This document shows positions 9,601 through 19,028 of a stretch of DNA of 64,000 bases, piece after piece. How positions within the stretch are numbered: position 1 is the stretch's first letter; each line of letters opens with the position of its first letter. The stretch is taken from the IMG/VR virus record IMGVR_UViG_3300005573_000079, one strand, 5' to 3'. The DNA is from an uncultured virus (IMG/VR IMGVR_UViG_3300005573_000079). Its lineage: Duplodnaviria; Heunggongvirae; Uroviricota; Caudoviricetes; Crassvirales. The notes under the pieces are model-generated. The model was not told the DNA's origin, made no database searches, and saw only the letters and a list, made by a program, of their open reading frames with translations. Both the position numbers and the translations under genes were made by a program.

Positions 9601-9855
9601 CTATTTAACCCCTGAATCAACTTTCTTTGGACTCATGTAGATTTTAACCTCAGCTTCATTGCTAAGAGGACTTGATGGACCAAGTTCTCTAATACCATGA
9701 GAATCCTTCAGAAAGAATGTGACCTTACTGGATAGTTCATCATCCAGAATGTCATTCTCTTTCAGCTGATTGAGAAATCCTGCAAGAGTAGCTGCTTCAG
9801 TCTGTACAATCTGTGTACTTAAGTTGGTCGTGTTGACCAGTTTTACTGTTACCAT
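9601..9855 (-). CDS. ubiquitin-like (beta-grasp) protein
   Basis: 84 aa; beta-beta-alpha-beta pattern (TVKLV..TQIVQT..ATLAGFLNQL...KIYMSP), C-terminal KKVDSG-VK; first gene of E2/JAB/E1 cluster. Confidence 0.72.
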   Translation of the reverse strand: MVTVKLVNTTNLSTQIVQTEAATLAGFLNQLKENDILDDELSSKVTFFLKDSHGIRELGPSSPLSNEAEVKIYMSPKKVDSGVK

Positions 9856-10298
9856 AGTTTGTTTGTTTTTGGTTTTACAATATTATCTTTTAACAAAATT
9901 GCAATGTATACTCCCGGGTCTTCTTTTGATATAGTACTATACATACCATTTATTTCATAAGGCATGGGTAGCATCTCCTCTACATTATCATCCTCTATCC
10001 ACCCATTCCTTACTATAAGGTCTTGTACAGTCTGTACCATATTTACCCAGTCATACTTTTGTTTTGTCTTTCTTACGAAATGTATTCTAATTACAATAGG
10101 TTTCTCCAGAGAGACTGCTATCTTTCTGAAGTGTGCAATAAGACTTTCATCATCCCATAAGTGCTTTGTAGCCTTCAGATAAGTAGCTAAAGCTTTGGAT
10201 GGAAAACTAGATGCTCTCCTGTTCTTGGATATTATCCTGCTATTCTTACCTGATGGAACACTTCCAGGGATAAAACATGAGAATAATATATCATTCAT
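9849..10298 (-). CDS. RusA-like Holliday junction resolvase
   Basis: PGSVPSGKNSR; D..N..Q...D....G.IEDDN. Confidence 0.75.
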   Translation of the reverse strand: MNDILFSCFIPGSVPSGKNSRIISKNRRASSFPSKALATYLKATKHLWDDESLIAHFRKIAVSLEKPIVIRIHFVRKTKQKYDWVNMVQTVQDLIVRNGWIEDDNVEEMLPMPYEINGMYSTISKEDPGVYIAILLKDNIVKPKTNKLW

Positions 10299-11298
10299 AT
10301 ACTTGATTTATTAAATGATTGACTATATTCTTAGCAAAGTTAAATCCCATTCCCTTAATGCAGTCAGATATATCCTTAAGTTCCAATGCTATAGGCAATG
10401 CAATGTATGGTATACTATACATATTGCTAAACTTCTTTGCATTCTCAAGTCCTGTTGTATCATTATCCCAGAAGATTAGCAATCTTTTGAACCTTTGCAT
10501 TTGCTTATGCATATACTTCTCAGGTAGCCATGTAGTTTCACTCACCGTAGCAATAGCCACATATCCAAGTTCATAAAGGCACATCACATCTTTGAGAGAT
10601 TTAGTCACAATCAGCAAGTCACCTGATTTAGGAAGTACTCCTTCACCCTGTACTACATCTCCCCCATTGCTAAACCATTTATATTCAGACTTTGGCTGGT
10701 ATATCTTTCTTCTGAATATATCCTCATCCCAGTAGTATTCATAGCTGTAAGCAAGCTTATCAGCTCTATACATCTTGCCATTTATCCAGAAGTGAGTAAT
10801 AGGTTTAACACCAAATAACTTTAGTGTATTGATAGGTATTCTGTAATTTCCATACCAATAGTCATAGTCATCCTTATTAAATTCCCTACTCTTTATCTGT
10901 ATGACTGTAGTATTTCTATACTTAATACTACCAGACCCATTACCATTAAGATATACGCTGGGATTTATAACTCTCTTTGAATACTCAGGAAAGCTGTGTA
11001 TTAATCCCAGGGAGAAGTCTTCATTAATCTTCTCCAGAGCCTGGCTATATGTAAGGTTAAACTTAGCCATCACATAGCCAATAGCTCTGAAGGATTCTCC
11101 TGTGCCAAAGTCCTTATATAAAGGTCTTCCGCCAATATCTGATATAACACAGCTGGGGTTCTTATCTTCTCTAAACTCACTATGAAACTTTTTGCCTGGC
11201 TGTTTAAAGGATTCACAGTACTTAGTGAATATATCATATTCACTAATGCGCAAAAGTACCTGTTCATAGGTGAGCTCTCCATTGAAACCCCACTTCAT
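10291..11298 (-). CDS. dnaG: DNA primase (DnaG/TOPRIM, crAss type)
   Basis: REDKNPS N-domain; TKSLKDVM, SE, WDND..G, KDISD TOPRIM motifs. Confidence 0.85.
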   Translation of the reverse strand: MKWGFNGELTYEQVLLRISEYDIFTKYCESFKQPGKKFHSEFREDKNPSCVISDIGGRPLYKDFGTGESFRAIGYVMAKFNLTYSQALEKINEDFSLGLIHSFPEYSKRVINPSVYLNGNGSGSIKYRNTTVIQIKSREFNKDDYDYWYGNYRIPINTLKLFGVKPITHFWINGKMYRADKLAYSYEYYWDEDIFRRKIYQPKSEYKWFSNGGDVVQGEGVLPKSGDLLIVTKSLKDVMCLYELGYVAIATVSETTWLPEKYMHKQMQRFKRLLIFWDNDTTGLENAKKFSNMYSIPYIALPIALELKDISDCIKGMGFNFAKNIVNHLINQVYE

Positions 11299-11310
11299 AT
11301 TACTCAGATT

Positions 11311-11895
11311 TTAGAATGCAGCATTATCAAGGTCTTCTTTAGAAATGTCAGGTTTAGTGTCTTCATCAGGCTCTGCTCCTTCCACAACGTCAAACCTGGG
11401 ATTAATTGCCAGGATAGACTGTTCAGGAGGCACTGTTGCAAGTTCAAAGATGGGTGAATAAGATGGTAAGGTAGGATAACCATTTGCATTGAGCACAACT
11501 TTAATCCTGAGCTCTTTCTTATCCCAGCCAGGAGTCTTCTTGATGTCAGTGATAATCTTATTACAAAACTCTTCAAAGGTCTTAACGCCTGTAATCTTAT
11601 AATCTTCACCAAGGAATTTGGTAGTAAGGTTTTTAGCAACAGCATTAATCTTCCTTTGAGCTGCTTCAAGAGCTTCCTCATCTTTAATCCTCTCATCAAT
11701 CTTAGGTTCATAGTACCTACGTGATGCTGTAGCATTATTAGCATCTCTTACTTCAATCTCAAGATAAGCATTAGCTCCATCTTTAGCAGGTACAAAGCGT
11801 ATGTCTTTGATAAACCTGCCTGTACTAATAGCTGTCTTAGGAGTTACCTTAATGAAACTTTTACCTTCGCTTGTTTTATCATCAAAACCGTACAT
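11311..11895 (-). CDS. putative ssDNA-binding protein
   Basis: between AAA ATPase and primase; acidic C-terminal tail ending in F. Confidence 0.5.
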   Translation of the reverse strand: MYGFDDKTSEGKSFIKVTPKTAISTGRFIKDIRFVPAKDGANAYLEIEVRDANNATASRRYYEPKIDERIKDEEALEAAQRKINAVAKNLTTKFLGEDYKITGVKTFEEFCNKIITDIKKTPGWDKKELRIKVVLNANGYPTLPSYSPIFELATVPPEQSILAINPRFDVVEGAEPDEDTKPDISKEDLDNAAF

Positions 11896-11926
11896 AGTAA
11901 TTTATTTTAGTGATTTAACATTTAAT

Positions 11927-12208
11927 TTATTTAATATTTTCAGTATCAGCGTTATAAATGTCAGACGTACTTTTATAAGGGCTTTCTGCCTCAGCAGTTG
12001 AAGTAGATTCTTCTGGATTTGGTACATCAAATACAAATTCAGCATTTCTCTTGCTTGGAAATACACCCTTAAGAACTCCAGACCTTTTCAAGGCAGCCAT
12101 ATCTGATGCGCTAAGTCCCAATGCCTTAGCTACTTCTTTCCTGGTATAGCCTTCTTCACGAATGAGTCTGATAATTTCAGACACTTTGATTTGTTTTTTT
12201 TCGCTCAT
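11927..12208 (-). CDS. small HTH-like DNA-binding protein
   Basis: GYTRKEVAKALGLSASDM. Confidence 0.55.
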   Translation of the reverse strand: MSEKKQIKVSEIIRLIREEGYTRKEVAKALGLSASDMAALKRSGVLKGVFPSKRNAEFVFDVPNPEESTSTAEAESPYKSTSDIYNADTENIK

Positions 12209-12227
12209 AGTTGTTTTAATTTATGTG

Positions 12228-12956
12228 TTATTTAATGTTATAATATTCACGCATGGTTTTATCTACCAGAGATAAACTATTAGGTATTCTAAAGTCATTA
12301 AACATCAAAAGAGCAGTCTTACCTGTTGACCTGTTAGCTTGAGTTTCAAAGTAATACTTATGTTCTCCATCACTACCTCTATCTACTGTGGTGAAAAGAA
12401 CATTAGTCATCTTACTTTCCAGCTTAATTCTTTCAAGCTTTCTTCCATTTGTCAACAAGCATTTAGACTCATTACCATCAACATCAGTATATAAAGTTAC
12501 ATGTCCCACGAAGTACACAATTACGTCAGGGCGCATCTCATGATTGACAAAGCTTATAAGAGTATATATATCTCTTGCCAGGTCCATCCACTTATCATAA
12601 GTGGCTTTTTTGAACTCAAGCATTTCCTTGTCATTCATGATAGCATTCACAGTGTCAATCACCACAGATTTGATTTTCTCACCCTTATGTACCTTCTCAA
12701 GAATGGCCAGGACCACATCTGAATCAGATGTTAATATCTGGCTTTTACCTACAGGAAATATAGGTCTTGGGAATGAGGGTGGCTTCTTGTCGCAGTTTAT
12801 CCACAATGTTGTCTCAGGGTCCATGCCTTTATATTCTGACATGTCCCATTGACCATCAGGCAATTTCTTTGGTGCATAAGTGCCGTCAGGATTTATAGCC
12901 AGACAGGTACTCTTTCCTGTACCACTTATACCCAAAATTCCAACTGAAATACCCAT
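12228..12956 (-). CDS. AAA_24/Sak4-like P-loop ATPase (recombination)
   Basis: Walker A GISGTGKST, Walker B VVIDT, GH. Confidence 0.8.
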   Translation of the reverse strand: MGISVGILGISGTGKSTCLAINPDGTYAPKKLPDGQWDMSEYKGMDPETTLWINCDKKPPSFPRPIFPVGKSQILTSDSDVVLAILEKVHKGEKIKSVVIDTVNAIMNDKEMLEFKKATYDKWMDLARDIYTLISFVNHEMRPDVIVYFVGHVTLYTDVDGNESKCLLTNGRKLERIKLESKMTNVLFTTVDRGSDGEHKYYFETQANRSTGKTALLMFNDFRIPNSLSLVDKTMREYYNIK

Positions 12957-12968
12957 GTTACCTCCTAT

Positions 12969-14096
12969 TTATTTGGTTATTACTATTCTCTTTTCAATCT
13001 TTTGATAAACCTCCTCAGTCATTTGTTCAGCTGGAGGAAGTTCTTTAAAATAGTTCACTGCCCCATCAAAGTATAGAGATGTCTCGCAAGGCTCTCCATT
13101 CCTATCAAATTCAACAGCAAGTCTTCTATAGCTATCTTTAAGTCTGGTAATATCATAGTTCAGATATCTACGTATCTTATGTCTGAATGGAGAGTATAGA
13201 GTAAGCATAATATCAACATCTTTTGAAGTGGCTTTATAGTCAGCAAGACCATCTGCTGATGGTTCAAGTCTATCCATTTTGATAGATTCATTAGACTCTT
13301 TAGTTAGAGCTTGCTGCTGTACAATAACAGGTATACCACCCCATAGATTTCTTACTCTAATCATATACTCTGATGAGAACTTCTCAATAGTTTCATACAA
13401 TGTAGCCTTCTTTTCACTTCTTAGCAAGTTCACATTATCAATGATGATGATAGTAAATAAATCCTTATCATCTGGTATATATCTATCAATAGTATCTATC
13501 TGTTTCTTCTCACCATTGTCTTCAGTTATCCATACTTTCTTATACTCATAGTGACCTCTCTGTTCAAAATAAGAACGCAGATATTTATATATACCAAAAG
13601 GATTTCTTATATCATCAATAAACTCAACAACAGATTCAAACTTTTCAAACCAGGGTTTATCCTCTTCTATAAGTCGCAGCATATCATCAGGTAAGATATC
13701 TGTACTATACAGACTTTCAAGTCTTCTTACTGTATATCTTATATTATGCTTCATATACATCCTGTGAACTATAGCTTGCTTCATCTTCAATTCTTTACTC
13801 ATCTCAAGAGAGAAGTAAAGAATCTTAACCTTGATATTAGTTTGATGAGTGAGCACAAACTCAACAGGAGAGAGCATAAACATAAAGTCAGTAATCTGAC
13901 TTTTACCTGCCTTCTGATTTGCTGTTACAAGGTAGTAAGTACCCTTCTGTATGCCTGGCACAAAGTTACTAAACCTGGGGAAAGGGAAGGGTATAGTTAT
14001 ATCATATCCCTGTTCTCTCAGGATTTTATTCTCTCTGATTTTCTCTACCACTCTGGTAAAGACAGAGCTCTCACGCTGTGTTTCTTGTAAAGTCAT
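12969..14096 (-). CDS. dnaB: DnaB-like replicative helicase
   Basis: ANQKAGKS Walker A, FSLEM, IIIDN, VQQQ, DRNG. Confidence 0.82.
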   Translation of the reverse strand: MTLQETQRESSVFTRVVEKIRENKILREQGYDITIPFPFPRFSNFVPGIQKGTYYLVTANQKAGKSQITDFMFMLSPVEFVLTHQTNIKVKILYFSLEMSKELKMKQAIVHRMYMKHNIRYTVRRLESLYSTDILPDDMLRLIEEDKPWFEKFESVVEFIDDIRNPFGIYKYLRSYFEQRGHYEYKKVWITEDNGEKKQIDTIDRYIPDDKDLFTIIIIDNVNLLRSEKKATLYETIEKFSSEYMIRVRNLWGGIPVIVQQQALTKESNESIKMDRLEPSADGLADYKATSKDVDIMLTLYSPFRHKIRRYLNYDITRLKDSYRRLAVEFDRNGEPCETSLYFDGAVNYFKELPPAEQMTEEVYQKIEKRIVITK

Positions 14097-14649
14097 CTTC
14101 TGTAGGGTCTTCTGTTAGATACTTAGATGCATCAATCTCCCACCTTTTCTGATTGATATAAGTTTCTATGTTGTTCATATACTTAATATCACCAGATTCT
14201 ACACGAGCTCTAAGCACTTTCATAACAAACTCATGTTCTTTAGCTTTCTTGACTTTAGCAATATACTTATCTCTTGCTCTCCTGTAGTTCTCAGAGTTCT
14301 TAGTAGCTGCCCTGAGCATTCTACCATCAGGTGTTCTGATAGGAAAAGCTTCAAAGAACTCATCGAACTGCCTTTCAAGCACTTCTCTTCCTTCAAACAT
14401 ATCTATTGCATCCTGTCTTAATACAAAGTCAAGACTTTCTCCTCCTATGATTTTGATGTATCCCTCTCTCTCAAGGGTCTTTAGCATGATTGGGTCATTT
14501 ACACACTTAAGAGCTACTTCTGGCCCGTGGTAGTATGCTATTAGCAGGGTGATATACTCCTGTAATAGCATACCACGAGCTTTATATTTCAAGTAGTCTT
14601 GTGTATCTAGTTCTACTTTAGCCATAATTGCGTTTTTGTGGTTAGACAT
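14071..14649 (-). CDS. putative replication initiator/helicase loader
   Basis: FDEFFEAFP...ETYINQ.RWE; directly upstream of helicase. Confidence 0.55.
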   Translation of the reverse strand: MSNHKNAIMAKVELDTQDYLKYKARGMLLQEYITLLIAYYHGPEVALKCVNDPIMLKTLEREGYIKIIGGESLDFVLRQDAIDMFEGREVLERQFDEFFEAFPIRTPDGRMLRAATKNSENYRRARDKYIAKVKKAKEHEFVMKVLRARVESGDIKYMNNIETYINQKRWEIDASKYLTEDPTEDDFTRNTA

Positions 14650-15142
14650 TATATTTGTCTAATACAGAGTTCACTTCTTTTCTTATAAAGTAATCAATGT
14701 TTTTACGATAATAATACATAATTCTTTTATAATAGGAAGGCTTAGTTCCCATACCATTCCATATAATACAAGCTTTGTGTATTGATAACTCTTTATTCTT
14801 TGATAGCATTACTATACGAAATATATTAACAGATAGTGTACTATCAAATCTATCATTAAGCGCAAAGATAATAGAGTCCTGTATATGGTTTACTTCCTTA
14901 ATCATAATAGGTCTGATATGAAGTACACCACCAGAGTTCTCACAGGCAAGATAGCTATCATGCTTACCAAGACTTTCTGTCATAACAAATGAGTGTGTCA
15001 TAGCATGTAGATGTGCATTATACATTGCCTGGGTAAGTTCTCTATCAACTTGCTTATGGATGGTAATACCCTCATATAGTACAGGAGAATATCCAATACT
15101 ACAGGGAACTAACATCAACATAATTAAAATCAAATGTTTCAT
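14642..15142 (-). CDS. signal-peptide-bearing lysozyme/lytic transglycosylase-like protein
   Basis: N-terminal hydrophobic signal; ES.G...G.L.I.PI...EVN...DRFD...WNG. Confidence 0.6.
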   Translation of the reverse strand: MKHLILIMLMLVPCSIGYSPVLYEGITIHKQVDRELTQAMYNAHLHAMTHSFVMTESLGKHDSYLACENSGGVLHIRPIMIKEVNHIQDSIIFALNDRFDSTLSVNIFRIVMLSKNKELSIHKACIIWNGMGTKPSYYKRIMYYYRKNIDYFIRKEVNSVLDKYNV

Positions 15143-15164
15143 AATTTAAAGTATTAGGTTAAAC

Positions 15165-15356
15165 TTAGGACTCATCATATCCCATCTGTTTAATCTTCAT
15201 GCTTTCATAGTCTTCAACATCTTCTAATCCAGGGTCTTGCTGAAGATAAAACTGCGGGTCATCCTCTGGACTAAATCCAAGAGAATAAAGTTCAGCCTGC
15301 TCTTCGAGTAATGCATCGAGCAGTTCATCAGATGAAATCATCTCAGGCGTGTTCAT
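15165..15356 (-). CDS. small acidic protein
   Basis: ORF overlapping radical SAM stop. Confidence 0.55.
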   Translation of the reverse strand: MNTPEMISSDELLDALLEEQAELYSLGFSPEDDPQFYLQQDPGLEDVEDYESMKIKQMGYDES

Positions 15357-16252
15357 TCTTTTTGTTTTTTGTTGTTTTTACCTGTCCAAAATTCCAATAT
15401 GTTATTGCAGGATTCACGTTTTTTACTTGTACTTGATATAGCAGCTTTATTAGTCACTGCATCATAGTACATGGTAAACTCCCCGTCATCACCCATATAG
15501 AAAGGGGTATCCTTTACATCAATGTTTAATTGTTCAATAGCAAGATTATCAAATGCAATAACATCAATGTTAAAGGTATAAATAGGTGACTCAAGGAAGT
15601 GTATAGCTTCTTCACATATCACATTAAAGTCTCCCAGCGAGTTGTAGTATGTCACTCCTCTCCCCTTTCTTTTATATCCAAGTACTACAATCTTAAGAGG
15701 ATAAGGAGCTGTAATACTTAAGTTAAACACATTCTGCCAGTCTGTAATACCAAGCACTGTGTGTATTACTACATTGGGAGATATTCTCATCAAAGTAACA
15801 ATATCAGACAGATAAGGATATTCAGTAAGAGATACTCCAATACCATGTATCAACTGTTCATTGACAAGTTGTTTAAGTACATCAAGATTCTCAGAGATAT
15901 GTATAGCATTGATGGTAATGTTACATATGAATCCCTTCTCTTTAGCAAACCTTAAGAACTCAACGAGCTGAGGATATTTAAATGGATTACCTCCCCCTAT
16001 GGCCAGCTCAATACCAGCAGGTAACCCTTCCAGTGCTTCCTTTAACTTGTTAAAGTCAGCATGCTTACCATCAACAAGAGAGCCTTCATGGCAAAACTCA
16101 CATTCAGCGTTACATCTGTTGGTAATCTTAAGGTCAATAGATTCAGGGAATGCAACATGTTCACCTCTACCCATATTCTTTCTTATCTTAGTACCTGTGT
16201 CATAAATAGTGATATGATAATCTCCATTTTGATAATTGGCAAGTTTATTCAT
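15353..16252 (-). CDS. radical SAM protein
   Basis: CNAECEFC (CxxxCxxC), GGGNP, NITIN. Confidence 0.9.
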   Translation of the reverse strand: MNKLANYQNGDYHITIYDTGTKIRKNMGRGEHVAFPESIDLKITNRCNAECEFCHEGSLVDGKHADFNKLKEALEGLPAGIELAIGGGNPFKYPQLVEFLRFAKEKGFICNITINAIHISENLDVLKQLVNEQLIHGIGVSLTEYPYLSDIVTLMRISPNVVIHTVLGITDWQNVFNLSITAPYPLKIVVLGYKRKGRGVTYYNSLGDFNVICEEAIHFLESPIYTFNIDVIAFDNLAIEQLNIDVKDTPFYMGDDGEFTMYYDAVTNKAAISSTSKKRESCNNILEFWTGKNNKKQKE

Positions 16253-16254
16253 GG

Positions 16255-16803
16255 TTAATTACCTTTAATAAATATTACAGTTTCTTTATCATCTTTGTAT
16301 TTTTCTATGCTACTATCTATATCATCATAGTCATCATTGTCATTGCTGGTAATGATATAGCCAACTCTAAGATATCTTTCCATCAGCTTGTCATTTGTAG
16401 TGATAGCATCCAGAAATTCCAGTGCTTCAAAGCTATGGTCCACACCACCAAAAGGACAGTCATATGTGTCTTCTTCTGGATTGTACAGACGCTCTTTTAT
16501 TTCTTCACCAAATGTAACCTTTATACCAAACTTACTTTCCAGGTTATCTACAAAATCTTCAATTGCTTTAATTCTTTCATCGTTAGTACAATTATACATA
16601 CTATCCCACAGAATAATGAGAGCATACTGTATCTTTGCCTCTACGGACATTGAAGTACCATGTTCCCAACCAAAGTAGGCAGTATCATCAATGTGTACTT
16701 TCTTTGGAAGTTCTTTTGTGCTTACTATTGTAGGTATGACAATAGCATGCACACTTGAGCTGTTTGTTTCAAACAATCTGGCTCTCACTGCGATGTGTTT
16801 CAT
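16255..16803 (-). CDS. FETNSSSxH-motif protein adjacent to radical SAM gene
   Basis: RARLFETNSSSVH; G..DH.; ND/DD C-terminal motif. Confidence 0.7.
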   Translation of the reverse strand: MKHIAVRARLFETNSSSVHAIVIPTIVSTKELPKKVHIDDTAYFGWEHGTSMSVEAKIQYALIILWDSMYNCTNDERIKAIEDFVDNLESKFGIKVTFGEEIKERLYNPEEDTYDCPFGGVDHSFEALEFLDAITTNDKLMERYLRVGYIITSNDNDDYDDIDSSIEKYKDDKETVIFIKGN

Positions 16804-17305
16804 AATTTTGTAAATTTAGTTGAATAAACTCTTCTACTTCTTCCATTATAGAATTAACAATATCAGGATTAATAAGAATATCAACACCACTTTTAAGTGC
16901 ATTATCTACCATCTTTATACTGTGTATGACAGTAGTATGGTCTTTACCAAATAAAAACCCAAGAGCTTCATAAGTTATACTTAGACTCATGTTATATGTT
17001 TTATATTTATCAGTTAATGTCTTTACTATGTAGAATATTATTTGCCTTGGTATGGCAATTCTTCTACTTCTTGTTGGCTTATGAAGTTCCTTTGGCTTTA
17101 ACCCATATTGTTCACACACAAGGTCTACAGTCATGGTAATAACGTCAGCTGCTTTAATAGTTGATGATAATATTACATTTGCAGTAATGCACTTCTGTAT
17201 GGTAGAATCTACTCTCTGTATTAGAGTATCAATCTTAGCATCAGCTATATCAAAGCTGTAAGAGTAGATAGGTCTGTCTGTAACTATAAATACCTCTGCT
17301 TTCAT
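16769..17305 (-). CDS. DnaA C-terminal (domain IV)-like DNA-binding protein
   Basis: RSRRIAIPRQIIFY...LGFLFGKDHTTVIHSIKMV. Confidence 0.8.
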   Translation of the reverse strand: MKAEVFIVTDRPIYSYSFDIADAKIDTLIQRVDSTIQKCITANVILSSTIKAADVITMTVDLVCEQYGLKPKELHKPTRSRRIAIPRQIIFYIVKTLTDKYKTYNMSLSITYEALGFLFGKDHTTVIHSIKMVDNALKSGVDILINPDIVNSIMEEVEEFIQLNLQNYETHRSESQIV

Positions 17306-17520
17306 AACCTGTTGCTTTTATACATCCTTTCCAGCATAATCAACTTCTCTTCTTCTTCTCTATCCAGCATAAACACCTCTTCAACGTCATCAACAGTGTA
17401 GGTAGTATGATACTTAGAGTTTATTATCTTTACAAGCTCTTCTGTAGTATTAACAGAAGAGCACTCCTGCTGTACTAATCTAATTAATACAGCAAGAGCT
17501 TTAAGCCCTTCTATGTTCAT
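17302..17520 (-). CDS. hypothetical protein
   Basis: ORF overlapping next gene. Confidence 0.6.
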   Translation of the reverse strand: MNIEGLKALAVLIRLVQQECSSVNTTEELVKIINSKYHTTYTVDDVEEVFMLDREEEEKLIMLERMYKSNRL

Positions 17521-17530
17521 ATGCTATGCT

Positions 17531-17764
17531 TTATAGTTCTCTGAAAATGTAAATAAGAAACCCATCCATAGGTTCAGATGACAAGTACTTGAATCCCCTT
17601 CTTTCTATCTCTGCAATCTCACCACCACCAAGAGGTTCATTGTAAGGTACTTCCAGCTTGTAAAATTTAAACTCTTTGCAGTATCTTAAACTATTGATAC
17701 GAGAGTTTATTGATTCTTCAATGTAATCCACAGTATAATCAATTTCAGGTTCCATATACCACAA
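17531..17764 (-). CDS. hypothetical protein
   Basis: ORF, packing. Confidence 0.6.
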   Translation of the reverse strand: MWYMEPEIDYTVDYIEESINSRINSLRYCKEFKFYKLEVPYNEPLGGGEIAEIERRGFKYLSSEPMDGFLIYIFREL

Positions 17765-17784
17765 AGTTAATAATTAAATTGAAA

Positions 17785-19026
17785 TTACAAAATCTGTTGT
17801 AACTCATTAAGGCTCTCTACCTTAACAATATCAACCTTTGCAGGGTCAACACTATCAGCATTAAACACTGCATTGAGTAGCCAATTCTCTGACTGAGTCT
17901 CTTGAGGTACAACATAGATGATAGTAGCTACTTCATGTACAGGCAATCTATCAGTTCTTCCTGCCTTCTGACTTGCCTGTACCTCAGAGCCATTGAAACT
18001 TTCCATGATAGCAAACCTTGGACTTTTAAGGTTTACTCCCATAGCAAGGGATGAGCAACTTGCTAACACCTTAATCCTATCTTCGTTAAAATCCTGTATT
18101 CTCTTGATATTTACCTCCTTAGGATTCTTAGAGTGTACTGTAGGCACACCTATTCTTTCTGCCTGACTTATTAACTCAGAGAATATCAGGGTTTTAGCTG
18201 TAGGATACTTTTCTTCTATCATACGCAGTATCTGCCTTGTATAGTGCAGTGAAGATGTGAGGGAGTTAAGAAATTCTCTTCTTGCCTTAACTGCATATAC
18301 ATAAGCATAAGCTTTCTTTCTTGCTTCTGCAGGAGCTTCAGGATTGTTAATAAGAGTAAAGGCTGTTCCAAGCACATCAAACCCATTTGTAAATGGCAAC
18401 ATGTCAGCCTTAGCTTCATTGACTCTTTCTGTAAGGTATTCATATTGCCTTAACTCGCCTGTACTCCATGATTTCTTTACAGTGGTTACTTTGACAAATA
18501 CATTGTTAGATAGTGCATAAGAGAAAATAATATATCTTCTCTTATTGATAATCCCATCAGTAGCAGCATCAATGTACTTATACACAATAGGACAATACCT
18601 GGCATACATAGCAGCCTTATCTGGTTTGCTATTATCTGGCGTACCTGTAAGTCCTATAATAGGTATGCCAAGATGGCTCATATTCTCTATCAAAGTACCA
18701 TATTCAGGAGTCATAGCAGTATGAACCTCATCAACAATGAGCATATCATATTGAGATAGTTCTGTAGGAGTCCACTTGTATGCAGTTTGTATGTTATAGA
18801 TTGTAAATTTTGTATCAGTGTGTACTTTAGATAGCTCATCATTCCATTCTTTAGCAATAGCAGTACGTGGCGATACAACCAGAACATTCTTTTTCTGAGC
18901 TCTTGAAGCTGCAAGAATGCCTACTCTGGTCTTGCCAAAGCCTGTATTTGCTACAATAGTTCCATTAAATCCAAATTTAGCAAGCCTATCAACAGCCTCT
19001 TGTTGAAGTTCTTCACGAGTTTTCAT
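17785..19026 (-). CDS. superfamily 2 DEAD/H-box helicase
   Basis: LQQEA Q-motif, NTGFGKT, DEVH, GLTGT, MGVNL, QKAGR.DR. Confidence 0.88.
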   Translation of the reverse strand: MKTREELQQEAVDRLAKFGFNGTIVANTGFGKTRVGILAASRAQKKNVLVVSPRTAIAKEWNDELSKVHTDTKFTIYNIQTAYKWTPTELSQYDMLIVDEVHTAMTPEYGTLIENMSHLGIPIIGLTGTPDNSKPDKAAMYARYCPIVYKYIDAATDGIINKRRYIIFSYALSNNVFVKVTTVKKSWSTGELRQYEYLTERVNEAKADMLPFTNGFDVLGTAFTLINNPEAPAEARKKAYAYVYAVKARREFLNSLTSSLHYTRQILRMIEEKYPTAKTLIFSELISQAERIGVPTVHSKNPKEVNIKRIQDFNEDRIKVLASCSSLAMGVNLKSPRFAIMESFNGSEVQASQKAGRTDRLPVHEVATIIYVVPQETQSENWLLNAVFNADSVDPAKVDIVKVESLNELQQIL

Positions 19027-19028
19027 AT

